A stretch of DNA of 64,000 nt from contig JBHGNT010000009.1 in assembly GCA_043228905.1 (NCBI GenBank), positions 13,578,001 to 13,642,000 of the forward strand, in the 5' to 3' direction. Origin of the DNA: Azolla caroliniana (Eukaryota; Plantae; Polypodiophyta). A program made the position numbers and the translations under genes. Of the stretch, positions 33,201 to 45,000 are shown in pieces (positions within the stretch are counted from its first letter, which is position 1; each line of letters opens with the position of its first letter). The notes under the pieces are model-generated. The model had not been told where the DNA came from. It did not search any database and saw only the letters and a list, made by a program, of their open reading frames with translations.

Positions 33201-34065
33201 AGACGTAGGCCGATCACTGCGTGTTTGTGAAGAGGTTCGTAGGAGGGGACTTCCTGATACTCCTCCTATACGTGGATGACATGTTGATCGTCGGACGTGA
33301 CCAAGTCAAAATACGGATGCTGAAGAAGGCTCTCAACCGGACCTTCTCAATGAAAGACTTGGATCTGGCAAGACAGATGTTGGGGATGCACATCATTCGG
33401 GACCGGTTAAAGAAGCAACTATGGCTGTCACAGGAGAAGTATGTGACAAAGGTGCTTCACCGGTTCAACATGTCAGAAGCGAAACCGGTCGGATCGACAC
33501 TTCCTGCAAACAGCAGGCTATCCGGCAAGAAAAGCCCGAAGATGAAATCAGAGAAGGCGGATATGATAAAGATTCCATATGCCTCTGCCGTCGGGAGCTT
33601 GATGTACACTATGGTGTGTACCTGATCGGATATAGGATACGCAGTCGGAGTGGTGAGCCGGTTCATGAGTAATCCCGACAAGGAGCATTGGAACGCGGTC
33701 AAATGGATACTCCAGTATTTGAAGGGCACTTCAAATATGTGTCTCCGATTCGGCTCCGGAAAACCTCAACTGGACGGTTTCACCGATTCGGACAGCTCGG
33801 TATTCGGCAAGAGGAATACCGACTCTACTGTGACAGTCAAAGTGCCATCCACCTTGCTAAGAATGCGGCATACCATTCCCGGACGAAGCATATCAAGTGG
33901 AGGTATCACTGGATCCAGGAAAGAGTAGATGACTAGGAGTTCGCACTAACGAAGATCCACACGGCTGAGAACGGGTCAGATATGCTGACCAAAGTGCTGA
34001 CACCCGACAAGCTGGACGCATGCCGGAAGAAGATCGGGTTGGTAATACACCCCATGCTGGAGTGA
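30212..34065 (+). pseudogene. pol: Copia E gag-pol with stops, frameshifts and an RNase H deletion
   Basis: CFYCGKPGHFQKNC, WVVDSGA, LVHTDVC, RYKARIVVKG, YVDD, SRTKHI. Confidence 0.92.
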
Positions 34066-37000
34066 GGGGGGAGTTTGTTGGGAAACAGGTCCCTCCGGAT
34101 GGTGCAGGCCCGGTATGAACCGGATGAGGAGTACCCGGCTACGGAGAGCCGGATGGTGCAGGCCCGGTATGAACCGGATGAGGAGTACCCGGCTACGGAG
34201 AGCCGGATGGTGCAAGCCCGGTATTAACCGGAGGAAGAGACATATTCGTAAATATGTTTCTGAGAGCCCATCGAGGCTATATTTGTAAATAGCCGAAAAG
34301 TCATATTAGTATAAATATGACTTAGGGCAAACTTTTAGATGTTGTTGTTATTCTTCCTTGTTGGTGCAAGAAGAAGAGAGAGTGCGTAACTGTATAGAGA
34401 GAGAGAGAGAGACGAGGTCGTTGCCTCTGTTGTAACCGCCGCCTGTGCCGAAGATCTGTGAGCACGAGGTCGTTCCCTCAGTGAACTCACTGTTGTATAT
34501 TCCTACATAGTGACAGTTTGCAGCCTGTGGGCTGCTGTGGTTTTTTACCCTGGTTTGGGGTTTTCCACGTTAACCTCCTGTGTACCATTTCTCCTCTTTG
34601 TGTCGTGTTCTATTTCCCGTTTTCTATGTATGAAAAGAATCTCGGTTGTGGCCGAGCGTTGGACATAAGGAACGACAAGTTCTCGTCAAGCGAGACATCC
34701 GAACACCTTTAGATGCAGGTAGGATACGTCCTTACTAGTCGACACTCTTTGCGGTGTGTCTCCGTCCAACAGTACTCCTCGAACTGCCCCCAGTATTCTC
34801 CTCTGTTGTACGCTCTAACCGCCTTCAGCTTCCGGCTGGTTTCTCTTTCCACTTTCGTGTGGAGCACCTTGAAGACGGATAGCACCTGATCCTTCTTCTT
34901 CAGCGGTGAGACCCACAACTTCCGGTTGTGGTCGTCTATGAACATCACGAAGTACTGTGATCTGGCATGTGACTTCGTGTCCACTTGACACACATCGATA
35001 TGCACCAGCTCCACTGGTGCATTCTGTCTCATCAGTGGTCTTGACCGAAAGGAGGTTCGGTTTTGCTTGCTGGCCAAGAAATCGGTGCACTTCTCAAGTT
35101 GCATGTCCTTCACCGTAATGAGATTGTCTTCAACAAGTCTTTTCATCCCCTTTTGGCTCATATGACACAATCTCTTCTGCCACAACTCACCGGCAGTGTC
35201 AGATGCTACGTTCAATTCTTCCAGGCATTCAAAAAGTACAATGTGTTGACCTTCTGGGCTTGAGCCACTATTAGGCTACCTTTGCTGAACTTCATAACTC
35301 TGTTCCGGATGCTACCCGTGTAGCCTTCATCATCTAGCCGCCCGATTGATAACAAGTTCAGTCAAACCTCCGGAACGTGTCGAACATCCTTCAACAACAA
35401 CTTGCATCCGGTTGATGTCGTCAACAACACATCTCCTATGCCGACAGTTTGGCATGTACCTTCATTCCCCATCCGGGCAGTTCTTCTGGAAGTGCCCCAA
35501 ATTCCCACAATAGAAGCAAGTAGGCCTCCCCCTTGACTTCGACCTCGTTCCCAATTTGTCCTGGTTTTGGGGACTCCGATACTGGCCTCTTCCCCGGTTG
35601 TGGTCATCATCCGTGACCAAGGCCTTCGGATTGGTTCCGGACTCCCAGTTCTTCCGGCGACCTTCTTCATCTAGCAAGTTTGATTTTACCCTTGCTAGGG
35701 ACATCTGCTTTCCTTCCGGCCTGGCATTGCCCAACATGACAACTAGCGTCTCCCAACTATCCAAGAGGGAACCGAGCAGGAGTAATGCGAGTACCTCATC
35801 AGCGAGAGGTACTTCCAACAAGGTGGCTTGGTGTATTAGCCCCTGGAAGCCATTCATGTGCTCTGCCATACTGGAGCCGTCTTGGTACCGGAGCCTCACT
35901 AGCTTCCGGAATACCAAAACCCGATTAATGCCATTCTTGTTCTGGAACATGATGCCAATCTTCTCCCAGAGTTCATGAGCCTTGCTCTCTTCATTGAATT
36001 TGTTGTACATGCTCATGTCGATGAAGCACCAGATGTATGCCATCGTCTTCATGTGTATCACCTCCCACACTATGGCGTCGATCTTATCCGGTCTCTTGTC
36101 CCCAAACTGAACCGGCAACCAAAGATCTTTAACCACCAGCATGTCCCTCATCTTCGACTTCCACACTGAGTAGTTGGAGCCGGTGAGCTTGAACATGTTG
36201 CCGAACGACTCTTCCATTTCCTGTGTTGTTTGCTTTGATACTAGTTTTTTGAGAATAGGGTGGAATATTGCTCGGCCACAACCGAATCTTGAATCACTTG
36301 AATGAGAATGAAACATAGAGATGGGAAGTAGAGAGTGAACGCACGTACACAGACGAACAATAGAGAGTACTCAGAATGTTTACGTGGAAAACCCTAATAG
36401 GGAAAAACCACGGGAGCCCACAGACTCCAAACTATCACTATATGATAAAGATACAATCAGAGACTCGAAGGCAACAACCTCAAGCTCTATATCTTCGCCA
36501 ACCGGGGGTTAAAACAAAGTATAACTCTGTATATCTCTTCTCTCTCTATACAACAGTTATATCAATAACAATATGACAACAAACACACAAAGTGATTGCC
36601 CTAAGTCATATTTATACTTATATGAACTTAGGGCTATTTACAAATATAGCCTCAGTAGGATTACTGAAAACATATTTACAAATATGTCTTCTCATCCGGT
36701 TCTCACCAGGTCCTCTTCATTCATAACTGGATCCCATCCGGAGGGACCGGCTTTCCAACACTACTAACATTAACTCCTAGAACCATAACTACCTAGTAGA
36801 CTAGGAGTGTAGGCCTCCAACGGCCTACCGGTTCACACATGGGTCCGGCTCTTTGATCCAGACACCAATCCGGCTCTTGTCTTATTTAGCCAATCTGGAT
36901 CATGTTGAGCTTGTCTGCTCAATAGATGTTCTTGGATTGTGATCCTCATATAAAGTACCTATATAACCCCACCATAGGGGACATGAAGGAGTAGTAGTTT

Positions 37001-37450
37001 TTGTCTCTCAATAATTGTGACAGTCTCTCTCTCGCTCTCTTACCCTCATGCTCAACCCCTTGGGAGGGGGGTGGAGCTCTCGTGGCTCCATCCCCACCCA
37101 TCAACACTTGGCACGCCCTATGGCTCACCCCGCTTGAGAAGAAGTCGATGCATCATAGGCGGCAAAAGTTCCCACCCTGTTTCCTACGTGTGCCGCATAA
37201 AGGATATTTGGGAAGATAACAACATGGAGGACAAGTATGATGATCTAGAAGAAGATGGTGATGACGAGGATGACAACAAAGAAGAAGAAGAAGAACAATA
37301 ACAACAACAAAGAAAGGAAGCAAGGAAGAATGTCATTATCAGAAACTGTCTATTCGAGCTTATACTTCTCTACAAGACTAAATAAAATAAAAGTTGATAT
37401 GAATTAATCCGTATATATGCACATACGCTTATACAGTACATGCATAGTTT

Positions 37451-37971
37451 TGTTACCGGCTTAGGGTAACACGGTGCTGGATACCCGTTTCCTTGGGATC
37501 CGACTCAAGGTCTCGTGGTCGGGGAAGTGTAGTATTGACACGTCACTTAGTGGGGTCCGACCACAACATCACACGTATGAATCGAATTACTATGTTTGTG
37601 AAGACTGTGGAGATTAAAGCCCAAACCGGCTACAACCAATTGGTTACACACAATTTATGTAGAATACGTGAAGAGACTTAACACAGAGAAGCTTCAACAC
37701 AGAACATAGAGACAAACTATCAACAAACAGATTTCTATTCTCAAAACGGCTTGATACAAACTATTCGATTAGTTTTATAGGCTTTCCATGTCTCGTTTTA
37801 TAGGGCCCATGGGCAGTTATGAACAAAGTGTGAACCACTAATACTAATAATAACTATTCAGTATCTTTAATTCCCGCCTTCTTTACTGCTCCACTCGACC
37901 CCACCCGCTTTCTATTCAGCTTGTAACCGTTTCTCAGCCCTTTCACACTAGGATGTCTAAACCGACCAACA
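37451..37971 (-). mobile_element. Solo LTR of an unidentified family
   Basis: TGTT..AACA termini; TSD AGTTT at 37446-37450 and 37972-37976. Orientation inferred from CTATAAAA on the minus strand. Confidence 0.75.
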
Positions 37972-38537
37972 AGTTTCTTATACATTACATGATCTATATT
38001 TATGATTGATGATGCATAGTTTCTGATACCATTAAACCATACATATATATACGTACCCTATTTTCTTCATCTATCATCATCATGATAATCGTCGTTTAAG
38101 ATGGCTAAAATAAATATTTACTCTACTGAATCCTGTTAACCGTTCTGTTGGAAACACCTTCGATATGCCTACAAGCTATCGGTATCAAGGGAAGTGTAAC
38201 GTGAAGACTTGTGCACGGAGGTGTCGTTAGGGGAAGAACACGGAGAGCATACCTGGAATAGAGCCCGGGTTGTATACGTAGTTGAGACCTTAGAAATGAT
38301 GGCACACAGATGAAACAACAAGAGCTAATAGATATGTATTATTGCAACAGTTAGCGATGATTACAACAAAACACGGCCCACAGCCGGTAGCCTTACAAAG
38401 CTATTATATCTATGAAAACGACCTCGCCTAGGCTCTCGATATCCCCTCTGCCGAGGTACGCAGACCTCGGTCTATATACTTTTTCTTCATACATCGCCGA
38501 GCGGTTGGCTGACTGTGAGGCTCGAAACTCGGCGTTT

Positions 38538-39963
38538 ACTCCAATTCTTTTATGCCATATTTCCACATCTGAGATTACATTCATTTCTCCAGCAAACATG
38601 GCTGTAATCTTTTTAGGCATATCCACATCTAAGACAAACATTCTTCCTTGGCGTCTTCCTTTTGCAATAAGCTTTCCATGTTTCTCTATAAAGCACCCAC
38701 TTTGCTTAAACTTAACTGGCATTCCTTGCTCTACTATCTGTCCAACATAAATCAAATTTTTTGCAAGGTTTGGAACATGTATAACTATTGTCCGCCAGAA
38801 TAGTAACTGATGGACAAGAGTGCAGTAATATGGAATAGAGTAATATTGTAACGCATGTAAACGGTTCACGCGCGAAGCGTGAACGGCTAAAAGACCCTAC
38901 CCTGTGTATATAAAGGGCAGAAAACCTCTTATAGAGGTAGCGTGTAATTTTGAATGTAAAAAGCGTATCTTAATATAGTTCTATCTTCTCTGATATCTGA
39001 GCGTATCTGTGGTTAATCTACTGTGTGTCTGTAATCCTTGGTGGCGTAGTACAATCGTAAGAGCGTAGGCGTGAGTAACAGTGTGTGTGCTAGCCCACTG
39101 TCTAAGGAACTCGGTTGTAGCCATCTCCCTTATACGCTACTAGGTTACGGGAGGTATCCCACTAACTATTACCCACTAGGTATCCCACTGCCTCAATTGT
39201 TCCCCCTGCCTCTAATGTTGTTTCTTCCCCTTGTAGGTTGTTGTCCTATTCCTTGATAATTATTGTTGGTTTTAGCTGAACCAAATCTTCCATGGCCTCT
39301 TCCTCGGCCTCTTCCAGCACTATTGTAGAGAGCTTGCCCCTCATTCACAGAGTTTCCTTTGTTTGTATCTTCCATCTGATTTCTTTCTTCCACTACAAGC
39401 ATTGAAACTAGATTTGCAAAATTTGGGATACTATCCCTTGTGAGAATGGATGTTTTGAAGCTTTTATATTGAGGTCCTAAGCCTCTTAAGCATACTTCCA
39501 CCTTATCATCATCTTCTACCTTCACATTCATAGAAGCAAGTGACTCACATATGCCCTTTATTTTCAAAGCATATTCATTTACTGTCATTGTACCTTTTTC
39601 CAAGGTATTTAGTTTAGTCTTGAACTGAAGCTTTCTAGCCTTTGTGTTTACTGCAAACAGTTTTACCAAACTGTCCCAAGCTTCTTTTGGAAGCAGAGCA
39701 TCCTATATGTGTCCAAGCACCGAATCTAAGATGTTAAGTGATAGCCAATGCAATACTTTTCTTGCCCCTTGATTCCAATCTTTAAATGCTTTGATTTGTG
39801 CAACAATTGCATTTTCTTCGGGGATCTCTAGAGCCTCTTCTAGGTCTCTTTCAATATAATCCCAATATCCTTTTCGGATCAGGAAATTTGTCATTCTAAA
39901 TTTCCACGCAAGGAAATTGTTTTTATCCAATTTTTCTATGACTATTCCATTTTCCGCAACCAT
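38538..39963 (-). pseudogene. Old Copia gag / GAG-pre-integrase fragments (A/B-related), split by an LTR-like insert at ~38789-39190
   Basis: IEKLDKNNFLAWKFRM, VEVCLRGLGPQY, DVEIWHKRIG. Confidence 0.75.
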
Positions 39964-42030
39964 CTCTCTTTCAATTTAGGGCTTCAGCTACGATTTACTT
40001 CAACAAGCAACTCTCTCTGTATCAGATAAGTTGTCGCGGAATGCGCGGATTAATCTCCGGCCACAACCGAAGCGTAGATCACTTGTTGACAATCAAAACA
40101 CAGATGAAATGGGAATGGAGGTAAGTCGACAAAACAGAAAGAGAATACAGAGGATATTAATGTGGAAAACCCTGAGAGGGAAAAAACATGGGAGTCCACA
40201 GACTCCAAACTATCACTATATCAAGAGTACAACAATGGGGCACAGAGGCAACGACCTCTTGCTCCCTCACTTCGCCACCGGGTGGTTACAACAGAGACAC
40301 AATCTCTGTATATCGCTCTCTCACTCTCTCTTACGCACTGTACAGAGGTTACACAAAAAAAATAACTCTATCATCATGTTTGCCCTAAGTCATATTTATA
40401 CTAATATGACTTTCGGGCTATTTACAAATATAGCCCCAATGGGCTCTTTGGAACATATTTACATATATGTCCCTTCCATCCGATAAGAGGTTCTCACCTG
40501 GCCTGCAACATCCGGTTCTCACCGGGTCTTCGTTGCCGGGGACTCCACATCCATTTTTCACTAGGTCTTCTGTTGTCGAGGACTCCACATCCGGTTCTCA
40601 CCGGGTCTTCCGTTGCTGGGACTCCACATCCGGTTCTCACCGGGTCTTCCGTTGCCGGGTACTCGTCATCCGGTTCTTCTCACTTCCCATCCGGAGGAAC
40701 CTGTTTCCTAACAAACTCCCCCTTCACTCCGGCATGGGATGTCTCACTAGTCCGATCCGCTTTTGACATGCATCCAACTTGTCGGGTATCAACACTTTGG
40801 TCAGCATATCTGACCCGTTCTCGGCCGTGTGGATCTTCATCAGCGCGAACTCTCGATCTTCTACTCGCTCCCGGATCTAGTGATACCTACGCTGGATGTG
40901 CTTCGTCCTAGAATGGTACATTGCGTTCTTAGCAAGGTGGATGGCACTTTGACTGTTGCAATAGAGCCGGTATTCATCTTGCCGGATACCGAGCTCACCG
41001 ATGAAGTCCTTCATCCATAATATTTCCTTGCTAGCTTCCACAGCCGCCATGTTCTTCGCCTCCATGGTTGACAACGCAACCATCTTTTGCAACCTCGACT
41101 GCCACGAAACAGCTCCCCCTACATATGTCATTACATACCCGGATGTAGACTGGCTGGTATCCACATTAGCCGACATGTCCGAATCGGTAAAACCGTCAAG
41201 TTGAGGTTTACCAGAGCCAAATCGGAGACACATATTCGAAGTGCCCTTCAGGTACCGGAGTATCCATTTGATCGCGTTCCAGTGCTCCTTGCCGGGATTG
41301 CTCATAAACCGGCTCACCACTCTGACTACGTATCCTATATCCGGTCGAGTACACACCATTGCGTACATCAAGCTCCCAACGGCAGACGCATATGGAACCT
41401 TCACCATATCCGCCTTCTTTGCTTTCGTCTTCGGGCTTTGCTTACCGGATAATCTGCAGTTTGCCAGGACTGTCAATCCGACTGGTTTCGCTTCTAACAT
41501 GTTGAACCGCTGAAGCACCTTTGTCACGTATTTCTCCTGTGACAACCATAATTGCTTCTTTGACCGGTCCCGGCTGATGTGCATCCCCAGTATCTGTCTT
41601 GCCGGGCCCAAGTCTTTCATTGCGAAGGTTCGATTTAGAGCCTTCTTCAGCATCCGTATTTTGACTTGGTCTCATCCGACGATCAACATGTCATCCACGT
41701 ACAGGAGGAGTATCAGGAAATGTCCACCTTTAAACTTCTTCACAAATACGCAGTGATCGGCCTTCGTCTTGTGGTACCCTTGATCAGTCATGAAGGAGTT
41801 GAACTTCTGGTACCATTGTCGGGGAGCCTGCTTTAGTCCGTATAGGCTCTTCTTCAACCGACAAAATAGGTGCTCCTTCCCTTTCTCCACGAATCCTTCC
41901 GTTTGTTGCATGTAGATCTCCTCTTCGAGGTCACCGTGAAGGAATGTTGTCTTCACATCCAGCTGCTCTACCTCGAGGTCCATGCTTACAACTATACTCA
42001 GCACCGTCCGGATGGAAGTCATCTTTACTA

Positions 42031-45000
42031 TGTTGAGAATCGATGCTTCGATTCACCTTCTTCACCCGGCCACAACCGAGTAATCGCGGATCAATGCAGC
42101 AGAAAATGGAAACCAAAAGAGAGAAACACACGAGTACACAGGGATTAACGTGGAAAACCCTAGATGGGAAAAACCACGGGAGTACAAGACTCCAAACAAC
42201 ACTATACAAGAGAAGTATACAATGACGAGCTCCAAGGCGACGACCTTGAGCTCGCTGTCCTCGCCACAGGCGGCGGAAATACACAGAGGCGTCGTCCTCT
42301 TCCTCTCTCGCGCTCTATCTCTCACTCTGTCTCACGGCTGCTCCCTCTTCACTCCTCTTGAGTGGAAAAAGAGAAAAATGATAAGCAACAACAAAACTGT
42401 TTGCCCTAAGTCATATTTATACTTATATGACTTTGGGCTATTTACAACTGTAGCCTCAGGGGCCCATAGCGAACATATTCACGGATATGTCCCTGCATCC
42501 GGATCGCTCTCCGGGTACATTCGTCATCCGGTACCGAAACCGGGGTCTTCGTCATCCGGATCCGAAACCGAAACCGGGCTTGTCGGCATTCATCTCCGAT
42601 ATCCGACCATCCCATGCGAAGGGACCGTAATCCCAACAAACTCCCCCTTCACTTCGGCATGGGATGTCTCTCCAATCCGATCCTCTTCCGGCATGCTTCC
42701 AGCTTGTCGGGTGTGAGGACCTTGGTCAGCATATCCGACCCGTTCTCGTCCGTGTGGATCTTTGTCAGCACGAACTCCTTGTCTTCTATCCTTTCCCGGA
42801 TCCAGTGATATCTTCGCTGGATGTGCTTCGTCCGGGAGTGATAGGCCGCGTTCTTCGCAAGGTGGATTGCACTCTGACTGTCGCAGTAGAGTCGGTACTC
42901 CTCCTGTTGGATACCGAGCTCTCTAATGAAGTCCTTCATCCATATTATTTCCTTGCCGGCTTCAACAGCCGCCATGTACTCCGCCTCCGTGGTTGACAAC
43001 GCAACCGTCTTCTGCAGCCTCGACTGCCATGAAACAGCTCCCCCTGCATACGTCATCACATACCCTGATGTGGACCGGCTGGTATCTGCATCAGCCGACA
43101 TATCCGAATCGGTGAAACCGTCGAGTTCGGGTTTACCGGAGCCGAATCGGAGGCACACATTCGCTGTGCCCTTCAGGTATCGGAGTATCCACTTGACCGC
43201 GTTCCAATGCTCTTTGCCGGGATTGCTCATGTACCGGCTCACCACTCCGACTGCATATCCTATGTCCGGTCTCGTACACACCATGGCGTACATCAAGCTC
43301 CCGACGGCTGAGGCATACGGCACTTTCATCATATCCTCCTTTTCAGCCTTTGTCTTGGGGCTTTGCTTGCTGGACAGCTTGCAGTTTGCCGGGAGGGTCG
43401 ATCCGACCGGTCTTGCTTCCGACATGTTGAACCGGTGAAGCACCTTCGTCACGTACTTCTCCTGTGACAGCCACAACTGCTTCTTGCTCCGGTCCCGGAT
43501 GATGTGCATCCCTAGTATTTGCCTCGCCGGACCCAGGTCCTTCATTGAGAAGGTTCGGTGAAGAGCCTTCTTCAGCATCCGTATCTTGACCTGGTCCCGT
43601 CCGACGATCAACATGTCGTCCACGTACAGGAGGAGTATTAGAAAGTCTCCTCCTTCGAACTTCTTCACAAACACGCAGTGGTCGGACTGCGTTTTGAGGT
43701 ACCCTTCGTCGGTCATGAAGGAGTCGAACTTCCGGTACCATTGCCGGGGAGCCTGCTTCAGTCCGTAAAGGCTCTTCTTCAACCGGCATACCAGGTGCTC
43801 CTTCCCTTCCTTCTCGAATCCTTCCGGTTGCTGCATGTAGATCTCTTCTTCGAGGTCACCGTGAAGGAATGCCGTCTTCACGTCCATCTGCTCTACCTCG
43901 AGGTCCATGCTTGCCGCTATGCTCAGCACCGTCCGGATGGAGGTCATCTTCACTACCGGGGCAAATATCTCGTCGAAGTCGACGCCCTTCTTTTGCTGAA
44001 ACCCCTTCACCACGATCCTGGCTTTGTATCTCGGGGGGTTTCCGGCATCTCCCGGTTTCAGCTTGAACACCCACTTGTTTCGAAGTGCCCGCTTTCCTTT
44101 CGGCAACTCCACAAGTTCATATGTGTGGTTCTCATGCAGGGAATCCATCTCGTCCTGCATGGCACTCAACCACTTGCGGCTCTGGGTGTCATGCTTTGCT
44201 TCTTCAAAGCTCTCCGGCTCCCCCTCGTCGGTTAGCAGCACGTGCTCTGGTTCCGGAAATCTCCGGGGGGCCCTTCTCTCTCTTAGAGGATATCTCCGTT
44301 CCGGAGCTTCGGTAACCGGTTCTTCCGATTCTTCTTCATCCGAATCCATTTCGGGATCGGGGCCGGTTCCGGTATCGTTTTCATCTTCTTCGGCCGGTTC
44401 TGTTTCTTCACCGTCTTCGGCCGGGTCCTCGAGTGCTAACCGGTCCCTTGCCGGTCGGGACTGCTCCTCGTAGAGTTTATCCTCACCGGTCGACTTGGAG
44501 CTCTTCATCTTCTTCTCCGACTCCCAGTCGGCGAGTGTCTTGTCCTCCATAAAGACGATATCTCGACTCCTGAATATCTTCTTGTCGACCGGGTCCCATA
44601 CTCGGTAGCCGAACTCGTCGTCGCCGTAACCGAGGAATATGCATGGCCGGGTCTTCGGATCTAGCTTTCCTCTCCGGTCCTTCGCCACGTGCACGTATGC
44701 GAGACACCCGAACACCTTCAGATGCCGGTAGGATACTTCCCTACCGGTCCACACTCTCTGCGGCGTGTCTCCGTCCAAAGGTACTGAGGGTGATCGGTTT
44801 ATCACATATGTCGCCGTCGACATTGCCTCAGCCCAAAACCCCTTGGGTAATTTCGCATGCGCCAGCATACTCCGAACCCTCTCCATTATGGTCCGGTTCA
44901 TCCTCTCGGCCAGCCCGTTCAGTTCCGGCGTCTTCGGCACAGTAAACTCGAGTCGGATTCCCTTCGAGCGACAGTACTCCTGGAACTGCCCTCGGTATTC

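Larger units (their letters stand above)
29299..34688 (+). mobile_element. Copia E (Tork/Tnt1-like), degenerate
   Basis: LTRs 29299-30181 and 34076-34688; TSD AGCGA at 29294-29298 and 34689-34693; PBS TGGTATCAGAGC at 30184-30195; PPT GAGGGGGGAG. Confidence 0.95.
15381..36760 (-). mobile_element. Copia D (Tork/Tnt1-like), degenerate, 21.4 kb including nested insertions; inserted into an A/B-type LTR remnant
   Basis: 3' LTR 15381-15935 and 5' LTR 36247-36760; TSD CTACT at 15376-15380 and 36761-36765. Gag from 36217; IN 34694-35350 and 28831-29298; RT/RH 27801-28162 and 16440-17749. Host LTR resumes at 36761-36924. Confidence 0.9.

Noticed and set aside
36925-37450. Short acidic ORF (37017-37301) as a host gene
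   Set aside because: Low-complexity GAA/GAT/CAA tract with no domain or splice support; origin unresolved.
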